A model generated the notes under the pieces. The model worked only from the letters and a program-made list of their open reading frames with translations. It ran no database searches and was not told the DNA's origin. Source: Torpedo marmorata (taxonomy: Eukaryota). Taken from it: a stretch of 64,000 bases of DNA. Both the position numbers and the translations under genes were made by a program. The stretch lies in NCBI GenBank assembly GCA_977017645.1, contig OZ360230.1, positions 85,498,001-85,562,000 on the forward strand. Direction: 5' to 3'. This document shows, one piece after another, positions 1-13,376 of this stretch (position 1 is its first letter; each line of letters starts with the position of its first letter).

Positions 1-1251
1 CTTGCATGTGTCAGTCATGTCCATCCTCACTCCAAACACCAATGGATTCAAGCCAAGTCAGTCCAATTTTTCATCCATTCCAGGTATTAGTTTATTAAAC
101 CATCTCAGAATGACTTTTAATGCATTGACATTCTTCCTTGAATAAGGAAACCAAAGTGTACATAATACCAATGCCCTATATTCCAAGCATAATCTTCTGC
201 TTTTGTCCCCAAGCAATAAACTGATCATTTTCCCATTTGCTTGCTATACCAGCTTACTAAGATTTTGCAAATATCCAACAAAGACACCCCATCTCATCTG
301 CAATCTATCATTTAGATTTAGATTTCCTGCTAAAATGGAAAATTTCACATTATTGTACTCTGTAATTAATTTCCTCATGCAACCTATCTCCATTCCATTG
401 GAGTCCCCTGTTTTCTACCCTGGAAACAAGGCTGTAAGAAAAATTAAACTTGAGCATATATTCAGAGGAAGGATATAGTGTACTGAATTAACATTCAACT
501 GGTTTACAATTACAACTATCAAAACTTAAGGCAAGTGTAAAACCAGTGGATGCTGATGGTATAACAATTTGATTTTCTTTTGCCAAGCTGAAAGCTAATA
601 TCATGCAAGTGATCAAAACACAATGATTGACATTTTAAACTTCCATTTGTCGTTAACTATCACAAGGTCTCTTACCTATTTTTACAGGTGCACCACATAA
701 AGTATCCCATCCAAATGCATCATAGCTTGGTACAGAAACTGCTCTGCCTTGCACAGTTTAACTGTACTTTTACAAAACTCTCCTTCAGACAAGATCAAAA
801 TTTAAAAACCCTGAGCCACTCATATTTTATTCAACTGCTGATAGTTTTCTAGTGGACGAGTACCCACCCAGGTTGCATTGAGACAAATAGGTGTCACAGT
901 TCACATAATGGTTCAACTGCCAATCATCTACACTGACTTTCTACTCTTTGCAAATCAATTCCGGATTGAGGCTAAAGATTTCACTATTTTGGATAAATTG
1001 TTCGTTTCCGATACAGACAATTCAGCTTAGGAACATAACTTGGGCACCCACTGTACTGGGCATGAAACAACTGCAAGATCCAAAACTGTCTCGTTCTGTC
1101 AGCTGGTTAAATCCGATTTGGGGTTCAAGTCAAATTCATTATAGTCAAATGTCTGATGCTCTGACAACTGTGAACTCAATATTTTAACCAAAACAATGTC
1201 ATTTAACATCTTGATCAATGACAGCAAAGAGAATAAACTGCTCGAGAACAA

Positions 1252-1257
1252 TTTATT
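1252..1257 (-). promoter_or_regulatory. Candidate PCCB polyadenylation signal AATAAA
   Basis: tttatt on the + strand about 130 nt downstream of the stop; an alternative lies near 826-831. Confidence 0.5.
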
Positions 1258-1388
1258 TTGTTAATCCTAAAACAAAACTGTGGTTCCTGCTAAGCAGAAT
1301 GAGGATTTCTTTGATTTGTCAACACAATTCAATCTTTTGAAATAGAAAATTTTCCCATGTCATTGTCTTGTAATCCCAAAACTTTGTT

Positions 1389-1510
1389 TCACAAAGGGAT
1401 GTTGCCATGTTTTTTCCAAGGGTTGCTCTGCTTCTTGTTTGCCAACATCTCTAGGTCTCGACAAATGCGCATTCGAGTGGTTGCTGGTTGAATTATATCA
1501 TCAACAAAGC
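1389..1510 (-). CDS. PCCB: PCCB last coding exon, [39 protein letters not shown]
   Basis: catgcAG acceptor; TGA at 1391-1389; canonical KKHGNIPL C-terminus. Confidence 0.97.
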
Positions 1511-2260
1511 CTGCATGGAACACAAGTACATGTAATCGGTCAGTTTTGAAGTTAATATCCGCTTCATTCACAGGAAAAATATTTTTGATGTATTCAGTAC
1601 TTATCCCTTCCCAAGCTTAGGAATGTTAAGAGTTCAAATAACAGTAATTTTCTTCTAGTGAGGAAGGAAATATTGTTTTTCTTCAGAGATGAATGAATCC
1701 TGACTATTCTTCATTTCCTAATGACACAGGCCATTCCACCCTTCATGTTTACAGTTCTATAATTCTATCCCGTTCCCACTTATTTCCCTATAGCATTTTC
1801 TTTCTCATGACCATTAAGTCTTTACCTCCCCTATACACACAGGGGACTATTTACTTTGGACATTTTATCTATTGCCATGTCTTTGCAAAGCAGGAGCACC
1901 TGAGAAAACCCATTTGCAAAGGAAGAACGTGCCGTCTATGTAGATATCATTCAAGGTCAGAACTGAACCTGGGTTGCTGGAACCATTTGGCAGTAACACT
2001 AACTACAGTGCTATTGTGCCATCCCCTACACCACAGTAGGAATAGAATGCATAGAACCTCAAAAAGTTCCACATCTTTTGCAATTTTACAGTTGAGGTTT
2101 AAAGTTGGTCTTGCATTTTATTTTTTTAATTTTCTCAGAAGTGCTCAAATAACTATCCAAGTTCAGTACATATCTCAAACTCAAATACTCTTGTCAACCT
2201 GCTTGCCTGTTAAAATCAATTTTATTGTGCACTTTGCTAAAACTATTGAACACTTACTGA

Positions 2261-2485
2261 GGCGGCACGGTTACCACAACGCTATTACAGCACCAGCGAC
2301 TTGGGTTCAAATCCGGTGCTGTCTGTAAGGAGTTGTACTTTCTCCCCATGACTTCAGTGGGTTTCCTCCAGGTGTTCCATTTCCCTCCCACCCACTAAAA
2401 ACGTACGTGATTTGTAGGTTAATTGGTGTATTTGGGCAACATGGGCTCATGGCCGAGAAGGGCAGGATACCCAGCTGGATCTCAG
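2261..2485 (+). mobile_element. tRNA-derived SINE (HE1/V-SINE-like)
   Basis: B-box-like GGGTTCAAATCC, followed by the ctgtaaggagtt..ttctcccc..gggtttcctcc core; related to the copy at 9941. Confidence 0.75.
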
Positions 2486-2854
2486 GTACAAAGGAAGATA
2501 ATGAGTGAGTGCCTATCAGCCTTACACTCTAGACTGTGAATGCCCCCAAATCATGGTATATCATGTAGCACATTGCTCTTCACTATATGAGATCTTGTGT
2601 TTTAATGAAGATTTATAGCACACAACTTTCTTGTTAAGCAATTTAAAAGATACTCCAGAGGATTTTTTTTCCAATTGCTGATTTTAGCAAGAATAGCACA
2701 CATTATGAAATGCTTTCTCCCTGTTTCAAACATCTGTCTCTTAAACCGTCACAATCAGGGAGCGTTAAAACAATACAATTTTTAACTTGAATGGTAACTT
2801 GGTGGACTGATTTAAGTACATGAAGTAGAAACATTTTAATTACAGTAATTCTGC

Positions 2855-3190
2855 TTAAGTGTCATGAGAAGGGATCTTGTAGAAACAAAATTATGAAAAG
2901 GATACATCGAGGCAGGAAAGTTGTTTCCATTGATAAGGGAGACTAGAAATCAAATTGTTGGGGGGGGGGGGTGGAAAACAGGACGGAGATGAGGAACTGC
3001 TTTTCTCAGAGTAGAGTGAATCTGTGGAATTCTTTGCCAAAGGAAGCTGTAAACACTACCTCATTAAATATATTTAAGATAGAGTTGAGGTTATGTGGAA
3101 AGGCAGGTGGGTGGAGCTGAGTCCACAGCCACGTCAGCCATGGTCTTGTTAAATGGCAAAGCAGGCTTGAATGATTAATGGCCTACTCAC
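2855..3190 (+). mobile_element. CR1 LINE 3' fragment
   Basis: Degenerate match to the CR1 ORF2 end and 3' UTR seen at 36730-37125. Confidence 0.7.
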
Positions 3191-3195
3191 ACATG

Positions 3196-6100
3196 TCAGA
3201 ATCAGAATTTATTGTCATGAACAAGTCACAAAATTCGTTTTTTGCAGCAGCATCACAGTGCAAACATTCATATAAACCACCTTACAAAAAATCAATAAAA
3301 ATAATGCATGAAAAGTCAAAGTAAGGCAGAAGTAAAATGGCCCCTTGCACCGGCGACTCTTTGCGTGCAGCTCTGACGGGAATAATCAAATATTCCCGTT
3401 CAGAACTTCTAAAAATCAGACAAAAAACAAGAAACACAAAAGCAAACTTATCCAACAACGTGGATGTCCAAAGATCGCTGGCAGAACTAGGAATCGGCAC
3501 CGCGGGACCTTTAAACAACTCACGCAAGTACAGCTGCAACACCGCGGGAGTTTTAAACGGCCAGAGAACGGGCCATTTAAACTTCGCGGGAGTCGCAGAC
3601 AGCAGGCGCTCAACACAATTACAAATCGCGCAGGATTTAAAGGGACAGCGCACGGACCGTTTAAACACTGCGGGACCTACCGGCAGTAGACCCACGGGCC
3701 AGGTAAAGAAGTCCCGACCACGTGGACGCAGAGGGGGGCTACAAGTCAAGCTGAGACGCGGGGACCTGAAGCTTCCGCTCCCTACCATCCTCCTGGCCAA
3801 CGTACAATCCTTGGAGAACAAATTTGATGAACTCCAAGCCAGACTTCAACATCAGAGAGTCATCAGGGAGTGCTGTGTGATGTGCTTTACAGAAACGTGG
3901 CTAAACGCGGACATTCCAGACACGGCGCTACAGCCCAAGGGCTACACCCTCCATCGCGCTGACCGAACACCGGCGTCTGGAAAAACCAGGGGAGGCGGCG
4001 TGTGTGTCATCATCAATTCATCGTGGTGCACAGACGTGACGGTCATGTCCCAGTCCTGCTCCCCCGACCTGGAACATCTGGCAATCAAGTGTCGCCCATT
4101 CTATCTGCCGAGGGAGTTCACTGCCATCATCCTGGTCGCAGTGTACATTCCGCCCCAGGCTAACGTCAGGCTGGCACTGGAGGGACTGAGCACTGTGATA
4201 AACAGCCATGAGACAGCACATCCTGATGCCTTCCCGATCATTGTGGGAGACTTCAATCAGGCCAATCTGAAGAAGTCACTGACAAACTACCACCAACACA
4301 TCACTTGCGAGACCAGGGGAACCAACACACTTGACCACTGCTACACCACCGTGAAGAACGCATACCGAGCCATACCACGACCGCACTTCGGCAAGTCTGA
4401 TCACCTGGCTGTACTTCTACTCCCGGCGTACAAGCAGAGACTGAACACCACAGCACCAGTGGAGAGGACGGCGAAAGTGTGGTCGAGGGAGGCGGAGGAG
4501 CGTCTGCAGGACTGCTTTGAATTGGTGGACTGGAACATATTCAAGCACTCAGCCATAGACCTAAATGAATATGCAACAGGTGTCACCGACTTCATCAACA
4601 CCTGCGTGGATGAGTGTGTGCCCATGCGCAAATACCGGGTGTTCCCCAACCAGAAGCCCTGGATGAATCAAAGAATTCGCAACCTACTGAGGACGAGAAC
4701 AGGGGCGTTTAAGGCCGGGGACCGGGATCTTTACAAAAAGTCGAGGCACGACCTGCGGAAGGCCATTTCTGAAGGAAAGTGGCAATTCCGAAGGAAGCTA
4801 GAGACAGAGACAGATACACGCCAGCTATGGCAGGGAGTGCAGGCCATTACAGCCTACAAAGCGAGGGCGAACACTATAGACGGCTGTGATGCTTCACTAC
4901 CCGATGAGCTGAACACCTTCTATGCCCGCTTTGAGAAGAAGAACAAAACAGTGCCTAATAGAATCCCTGAAAAGGCTGAGGACCCTGTGATATCTGTCTC
5001 TGAGGGCGACGTCAGAACATCATTCAAGAGGGTGAACCCTCGCAAGGCATCAGGCCCTGACCGCGTACCTGGCAGGGTATTGAAAATCTGCGCAAACCAA
5101 CTAACCGGAGTGTTCACGGACATTTTCAACCTCTCATTGCGGCAGTCAGAGGTTCCCACCTGCTTCAAATGGGCATCAATCATCCTGGTACCCAAGAAGA
5201 GTAGTGTGAGCTGTCTCAACAACTACCGCCCAGTAGCACTTACTTCTACTGTGATGAAATGCTTTGAGAGGCTGGTCATGGCCAGAATTAACACATACCT
5301 AAGCAAAGATCTGGACCCACTGCAATTCGCCTATCGCCACAATCGCTCCACAGCAGATGCAATATCGCTGGCTCTCCACTCAGCTCTGGATCACCTCGAA
5401 AACAGCAATTCATACATACGGTTGCTCTTCATCGACTACAGCTCGGCCTTCAATACCATTATTCCCTCAGTGCTGGTCGAGAAGCTACAAACTCTAGGCC
5501 TCTGTACCCTTGACTTTCTCATCGAATTGGAAACAACGTCTCCTCCTCACTGATTATCAACACAGGCGCACCCCAAGGATGCGTGCTTAGTCCACTGCTC
5601 TACTCGTTATACACTCATGACTGTGTGGCCAGGCACAATTCCAATGCCATATACAAGTTTGCCGATGACACCACAGTTGTCGGCAGAATCACAAACGGCA
5701 ATGAGGAAGCGTACAGGAGGGAGATAGATCAGCTCGTTGAATGGTGTAATGACAACAACCTTGAGCTCAACGTCAGCAAAATCAAGGAGATGATTGTGGA
5801 CTTCCGGAGGAAGTCAGGGGAACACGACCCAGTCCTCATCGAGGGCTCAGTGGTGGAGAGGGTCAAGAACTTCAAATTCCTGGGTGTCAACATCTCTGAG
5901 GATCTGTCCTGGAGCATCCACGTGGATGCAATCACAAAGAAGGCTCGTCAGCGGCTATACTTTGTGAGGTGTTTGCGGAGATTCGGTATGTCACCAAAGA
6001 CTCTCGTAAACTTCCACAGGTGTACCGTGGAGAGCATTCTGGCTGGTTGCATCACTGCCTGGTATGGTGGCGCCAACTCCCAGGACAAGAGTAAACTCCA

Positions 6101-6655
6101 GAAGGTTGTTAACTCGGCCTGTGACATCACAGGCACCAAACTTCACTCCATCGAGGACACCTACATGAGGCGGTGTCTTAAAAAAGCAGCCTCTATCCTC
6201 AAGGACCCCCACCACCCAGGCCATGCCCTCTTCACTCTGCTTCCATTGGGGAAAAGGTACAGGAGCCTAAAGACGAGCACTCAACGGCACAAGGAAAGCT
6301 TCTTCCCCGCTGCCATCAGTTTCCTGAATAATCAATGAACCATATACTACCTTACTTTTCGTGCTCTATTGTTTATAATTTTTTATAGTAATGTCGTTAG
6401 ATGGTTAATATGAATGTTAATTGCACTATGATGCTGCCGCAAAACACCGAATTTCATGACTTGTTCATGACAATAAATTCTGATTCTGATTCTGTCTTTG
6501 GTTCAGTGATCATTCAGGAAGCTGATGGCAGCGGGAAAGAAGCTGTCTTTGTGCCTTGAGTGCTTGTCTTTTGGCTCCTGTACCTTTTTCCCGATGGTAG
6601 CAGAGTGAAAAGGGCATGGCCTAGGTGGTGGGGGTCTTTGAAGATAGAGGCTGCG
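3196..6655 (-). mobile_element. Older Rex1/Babar 3' fragment split in two (3196-3329 and 6493-~6655)
   Basis: Reverse complement of the Rex1 (ATTCTG)n tail and 3' UTR; continuity aaggcag|tgtctttgg; ORF 6514..6711 matches the C-terminus of ORF 5583..6338. Confidence 0.85.
3330..6492 (+). mobile_element. Near-full-length Rex1/Babar LINE (AP endonuclease + RT), disrupted by small deletions at ~5510-5525
   Basis: ORF 3337..5553 has FTETWL, GGGVC, CRPFYLPREF, GDFN and SDH; ORF 5583..6338 has KFADD; 3' tail is (GATTCT)n. Confidence 0.92.
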
Positions 6656-6953
6656 CTCAAAAGAACCAGAGTCATTTTAAAACCTCCCTGAAGGCCTGCA
6701 AATTCCTTCAATAAGCAGCAGAAGGTCCAATGGTCATTTAATTCCCTTCAAGGGCAGGGGCTACTCTGTGGACAGGTCCAATATAATATTTTTAAGAACA
6801 CGTTTTGTGCAAACAGAAGTTGTGTAAATAGTTTTCCAAAGATTCTTATGTGATCATGCTAATTTAGGTAAATTGCACCAAAGAAAGAAATAAGCAGAAA
6901 TTTTAGGTCAAATACATTTAGAAAATGCATGACATCCTCTCTCTGGTACTTAC

Positions 6954-7053
6954 CTCGGACTGCTGCTGGGAATGGATTTGCAAAGGTCTCTACATATTCT
7001 GCCTCTGCCTTCTCTTCATTTCCCTTCCCTTTGAAGATAATCTGCACAGCACC
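6954..7053 (-). CDS. PCCB: PCCB exon (exon 14 equivalent), [33 protein letters not shown](G)
   Basis: tttaaAG acceptor and GTAAGT donor; 100 nt. Confidence 0.95.
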
Positions 7054-7524
7054 CTTTAAAAGAAGAATGCAGAATTATAAAGACCCAAATTTCCAATAAT
7101 GCTATTGTTTGAACAATGCATAAAGGGAATTTGATAAAGCAAAGAATTTTATTCTGTTGGAGGTAGTCATCCAGTTACTTTTTGACAGCCTTGTACTCAA
7201 ATTTTCAATTCAATAATCAACTTTTGGATAAATGTTATTCCCCCATAATGTACCTTTGTGACCTTTGATTCTTCAAAAATCGCAGAACAGTTTCTCAGCT
7301 CCAGGTAAAAAAATTGCAAACAGTGCATGCTATATATTATGCTAACTGTGCAAGATATCCAATCAACACATTCTTTGGTCAGTTACTCTTTAAATACCAT
7401 TCCCTAACCACGGCATAAAATGCCACTTTGTCTCACAGGACACAAGGTGCCCAAGTTAATACTAACATATCTTATTTAAAAACATGACAAAATTTAAATG
7501 AAAACAAAATTGCTATTACATTTT

Positions 7525-7836
7525 TTTTTTAAAATATTTTATTTAAATTTTTAAATCACAGATTACATAAAATAATTTTGCATATAATTCTTAAAAAATA
7601 CATGTGATTACATTTTCTCCCCCCTTCCCACCCTCCCCTCCCTAGCCCCTATATCCCCCTATTCTAAATTTAAAATTTAAAATAAAATAATAAAAAAAAA
7701 AGAAAAAGAAAAAGAAAAAGAAAAGATAGAAAAATAGAGTGAGGAGCCAATAAACTTAAAAACTAATATACCTTAGAGGTTGTTTCGCCGGCGGATCTGA
7801 TATCCAGAGAATTTACAATGTTAAACCCATAGTCCT
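7525..7836 (-). mobile_element. 5'-truncated L1-type LINE 3' end
   Basis: Poly-T at the left end; perfect TSD caaaattgctattacatttt (7505-7524 and 7837-7856); same 3' UTR and ORF2 end as the L1 at 46508. Confidence 0.85.
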
Positions 7837-8257
7837 CAAAATTGCTATTACATTTTGAAAAGGTAAATGAAGTACAACTGATCCAATGTCGTGAAACCCA
7901 CAGAAGCAGCTTTAATGCATTTTCTGCAAATAATCTAAAAAGTCTGTGGGCTTCAATAGGACTGCAAACATCACTTGGAGTTTGGGTGGCCCTTAAATTG
8001 ATCAAATGCTGATTTCTTCAGCAGGAAAAGAAAAGGAAGAGTAAAAGTGCAAGATATTATAGACATATACCATAAAATGCACTTGCCTCAGGATGAAATG
8101 CAAACTTTGCACCATCAACCTTTACAAATTAGATCTCAAACTCCACAACAGGTTTTATTGCAACCAATTTCCTAATTATCAAAAAACCTGGAGACCAATA
8201 TCCTTAGCAGTCATCTACCTATAGATGCAAGCATGAAACTGCAATGCTGTCACTTGC

Positions 8258-8356
8258 CTTGGCCCCCATAACTGCAACCTCTGCTGTTGGCCAAGCATAG
8301 TTCAAGTCTCCTCTTAAGTGCTTGGAGCTCATCACATCATATGCACCACCGTAAGC
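8258..8356 (-). CDS. PCCB: PCCB exon (exon 13 equivalent), [33 protein letters not shown]; GC donor
   Basis: ttaacAG acceptor; 99 nt; donor reads AAG|GCAAGT (non-canonical GC). Confidence 0.94.
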
Positions 8357-9333
8357 CTGTTAAGGAAAGCACATCTTACATGCAATAATTAATGAAAAAA
8401 ACTCTAAATTACTTCGCTTGGACAATTAAGTGAATTCTCCTAAAATACAGTATACAGAGCGGTATCAAAGTTATTTTAGAACTAAGCTCCAAAAACTGTC
8501 ATTTTGTGATGGCAATGGCCCACCCATCAGATCCTTCATTTGCAGCCTGGCCCTGTACCACAGTGACAGTCCATGAAACAGTTGTCCATTTTTTTTTTGA
8601 AGAGAGTCTGTAAAGCAGTGTAGTGGTTCCTTCCAAACAATTGCTTCGTGCAAACCTGTCTTCACCACTCCCCGGTTGCAGCCTGAACACCAACCAACCA
8701 GTCATTCGTGACCAGCTGGGCAAAAGTTATCATTTCATCTGCCCAAAACTTGTTTTTCCAGTCCACAAGCTGTCCAAGAGCAAATGCTGCAGACTAATAT
8801 ATTTTGAAATCAAGCAATGTACTGAGGGAAGCTTTTTGTAGTAAATATAAAGGCTCTGTGGGGAAAAGACAACAGACTGGAGCGTTTTCTCATATTTCAG
8901 AAATATCAGACTATCCTGATTTAAAGTGTAACCTGCACATAATTGGGCAGAATAGTGTGGCAGTAGTTGTACATGTTGAATAGATTTTTTACTGCATGAA
9001 TGAACAGACTTTCTAAATACACCATATTACTTGATTACTGTTTGGTTAAAAGGACACAGAAATTTGCACTGTATTGGGTGAAATCAAGTTTTAATACCAT
9101 GTTAATTAAGCTTAGAGTTAAACATTATGGGAGAAATATGCAGTAGCTGATCTACATACTATAACAACATTTTATGTATTCAGCGATATGCAAGAAATCC
9201 TTTGGCATCTCTGTCTGGAATAAACCATGACATTATTGTGTGAAATTTCCCAAACATTTTCTGAAGTGGACCTATCTGATTCATGTCCCCCATACAGGCC
9301 ATACTGATTAGGTAGGTATATTTCAGACTTTCA

Positions 9334-9456
<123 letters not shown>

Positions 9457-9940
9457 TCAAGCAAAATACAAAAGGAAGCTTTAACTTTTATAAATCAGAA
9501 ATAAAAACCTAAGTACAGTGGGCCTTTCCATGCACTAGAAGAAAATTACGGCATCAGTGGGAACTAGCAATTCACATTTTCTATGCGCTTTGCTCAGGAA
9601 CATGTATGTGGTGATTACAATCCATTTTGGCATGGTGCCCTCTACAGGCAAGTGCAGGCAGTGCCCAGATTAAATAAGGGTTCCTTTCCTTAGTTAGAAA
9701 CATCTTATTTCTACAGCTACCTGCATTATATCACTCTACACACACTAATAATTTCATTTCATTGAATAATCACCCTAAAACTACCCATAATAAACTCATA
9801 AAATATATACTGTGTCTAGCCATTTATCTGTACTAACAACATTACGCAAATTTCATTTTATTTACAACACGGTAGAAGCTGATTTTGGCCATTTAAACCC
9901 GTGCCTCCCAAATTCTCCCATATGCTCGTAATAAAGGAGA

Positions 9941-10180
9941 AGCATGGTTAGCGTAGCGGTTAGCGCAACACTTACAGCGCAGCGACCGGGACAGGGGTTC
10001 GAATCCTACGCTGTAAGGAGTTTGTACGTTCTCCACATGTCTGCATGGGTTTTCTCTGGTTTCCTCCCACTGTTCAAAAAAAAAAAGTACGGGGGTTGTA
10101 GGTCAATTGGGTGTATTTGGGCGGCATGGGCTCGTGGACCGAAAGGGCCTATTACCGTGCTATATGTCTATATTTAAAAA
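9941..10180 (+). mobile_element. tRNA-derived SINE (HE1/V-SINE-like)
   Basis: A-box-like TAGCGTAGCGG, B-box GGTTCGAATCC, conserved core, A-rich tail. Confidence 0.8.
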
Positions 10181-11319
10181 AAATAATTTAAAGTCAGATT
10201 ACCATAAATTAGATCATTTGTAAGACGAGGAACCCCTGTAATTCTCCATAACTTTGCCCAAATAATATTCAGTCATGTAAAATCTTACAGATGAATGCAA
10301 GTTAAAATATTCCACGGTTAAATAATTAACAGCAAATGAAAGATGAGTTGAAGAGAGAGAGATTGAAACAACAAAAATCATTAAATTTAAAGAATGAAAC
10401 TATATTAATTGAATGATTTTTATGTAACAATTTGTTTGGTAGCAATTATAACTTAAGTCAAAGTATCCTGGCCTCATCCTTTTACCTTCAGGTATAGTGA
10501 ATATTATATTGCAACTTGAACCTGCTTTAATGCCAAATCTTACTAGTATCACATCTTCTGGAGAAGAGGGCTACACTAAGATATAAAGCAACTCTGACAT
10601 CACACTCCTAATTTCCACATTAAATACACATGCAGTCATCACACATTTTGCTGCAATTTACTTTTAAATAATGTTGATTACTACAGACAACCACCATTAC
10701 CTTTCCCTACAAAATCAAGGCCAATGCTTCAGGTAAAATAACTTTCTCAGCTGTGCCTAAAGATTTCACCCAAATACAAATGAGCAAGCAAATAATTTCC
10801 ACATTAATAGGAAACAAAATATTGCAGCAGAAGGGTTCATGTGAATCAGCAATGAAGAGGAGCTTTGTTTGTACATTGTTCAACACACATGCCAACTGAA
10901 CTACCATTGGAATGAAAGCCCTACAATCCAATTAAAAAATTGTGATACCATTGAAATACCACTCCAGGCGGAGAAATACAGCACTGGCGTATGACACTAT
11001 CCAAATTATCTAACAAACTGATAAATAAAACAAGTTATCAACTCTAAATATAACAGGACAGTTTCAAACTAACTACTTGCATTAAAACAAAAAGAGCTGA
11101 AGCTTTTATTTTGGACAATTAAAATCTGGCCCATTGAGTTCAACAAGTGCAAAAATGTTTTTTTTTATTCATCCTAATACACATAGATCCAAAAATTAAG
11201 CTTTAAATCGTGTGGCATAGTATTTGTTTGGCAGTAACAGTTTAAGTGTGATCAATTGAAACCATAGTTGAATGCGAGAATGGAACACAGACTCTCATGG
11301 ATGATGTTATGCTTTTTTA

Positions 11320-11436
<117 letters not shown>

Positions 11437-11696
11437 TTAAAGAAAACAAAAAAACAATTAAACCATGAGTAATGTGAATAAATCTCATTCCTACATTTTT
11501 TTTTCTTAAAAGTGGACAATACCCAGTGAAGGAGATGACATCAATCAAATCAATGAAACAAGGAAATAATTTGGTGGTAACAAGCTTAGAATTTAAAGTC
11601 AAATGACAATATGAAGTAGAGAAACAGAGATATGCCAACTTATATTTCTTGCAACTTAAAATTCAAATAGATTGTTACTGAAAATCAAAATGCTAG

Positions 11697-12583
11697 TGTT
11701 ATGGACCATGACTGACCATTTGGACTGCGGACGGTTAGCAGGAAGGATGAATTCTTTTGGAGTATACACTGGGGCCAGGTACTGAAAGAGTTAACTTCCC
11801 CAGCTACTTGGTGTACCCAGACAAGATACATTGTTGCACTCTTGGTGTACCCAGAGAGAGACCAGAGAAAGAGAGACAGACTGGATAAGATACATTTGTT
11901 TCACTTCTGCAAAAAGCAGGGGCAGATCTCTGCAAAGCAGACACAGTTGTGAGTTGCAAGGCTACAAGACACAGCCAAATCCAGGCGTGTGAAAAAGTCA
12001 AGAGAAAGACTGACAGAATAGCACATGGCCTCCTGTCTCAGAGAGAAATTCTGAGAAAAAGCAACTTCTGTGGAGAACAGGCGTGAGATCAGCGAGACTA
12101 GCTGTGAGATTCAAGCATACGCCTAAATCAGTGGTATACTGATCTGGAACTTGCAATCCTTATGAACCTACAAGAAGGGGACGTCATCAGAGAAGAAAAC
12201 AAGTATTTGTAAGCATAACAGTCATTGTCTCTCTCCAACGTTCATTCAGAAGTACTTCCACCAGACCCAGAGCTGAATTGAAGCCTGAACCTGGAGTGAA
12301 TCTTGTGGACTGAATTATTCTTTTGTTTTTTTGACTGACTTGTTTTTTATGACTGACCTGGGGTTTTTGGGGAAAGTTTTTCCATTTTTACATAAGGGTT
12401 GGGCACAGACTGTAATGGTCTGGGCTTTACACACACCTTTTAGATAAGAATAGAGTTTATAGACGTTTATAGTGGGGTTAATTGTTGTGAAATTATATGT
12501 TTACTTGTGTTTAATAAATAATAATTTCAATTTTACCCCTTTTGCATTGCGTCTTCTGTCGTTGCTGGTTTGATTTTGTAACA
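11697..12583 (+). mobile_element. Solo LTR of the Gmr1-like Gypsy family
   Basis: TGTT...AACA termini; CTAG TSD on both sides; homologous to the LTRs at 56093 and 61922. Confidence 0.93.
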
Positions 12584-13252
12584 CTAGTTCATATCCCAAT
12601 TCAGAAGAACTTCTCATGGTTGAATTCTGGGATTAAAGTTGTATCTTATTATAATTGGGCTTGTATTCATTAGGTGATTTTATAATTTTATTGACACAAG
12701 ATTCACAGATGTATTAAGCAGGTATGGGCCATACCTTTAGAATAATAGAATACCAATAAAATTAAAGATTCTTCATGCTTTGCTCCTAAAAATACAAAAT
12801 GTTTTCCATTCATTTGATTGGGTACCTCAGTGCCGGCTACCAACCTGACAGCTGAGAAACCATGTTGTCCCAGTGGAATGCATGAGAAATCGGATGGAAC
12901 CACAGAAGGGCAGCAGCAGGGGCAGACATAGATGCTGTTCTGCGAGCTTCATGGAGTTTCACTGGAACAGTGCAAGATGTCAAAGACAGGTGGGAGTGGA
13001 TGCTGAATTAAAGTGACAAGCAAAACGAAGTTCAGGGTCACCCTTGTGGTCTGACTGGGGAATTGGCAAAGCAGACATTTCAACTGTGTTTAGTTTTCCT
13101 AATCTTGTAACAACCCAATATGCAAAATACCAAATTTTAAAAAGGTGCACGAATTGCAGTTTAACAACAAGGAGTATTTGGGTTTGTGGACAAGAGGGAG
13201 GAGGTAATGCCATTAAACAATGTATTCTCTGCATCATAAACCTGGTACTCAC

Positions 13253-13376
13253 CTGAAGCCACTTTAGGCTGATTGCCCACAATTCCTACCGTGCATCCAT
13301 TCATTCTGGCAAATCCAATAACAATATTCTTTGCATAATTAGGCATGAGCTCAAAAAAATCCCTTTCATCCACAAT
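13253..13376 (-). CDS. PCCB: PCCB exon (exon 10 equivalent), [41 protein letters not shown](G)
   Basis: ttttAG acceptor and GTGAGT donor; 124 nt; ORF 13161..13373. Confidence 0.96.

Noticed and set aside
1693-2328. 211-aa ORF on the + strand
   Set aside because: No recognisable motif; antisense intronic; runs through old repeat and SINE sequence.
3282-3821. Antisense 179-aa ORF in the Rex1 5' region
   Set aside because: Shadow ORF that crosses the insertion junction.
9941-10010. tRNA gene
   Set aside because: A and B boxes are present but there is no cloverleaf; it is a SINE head.
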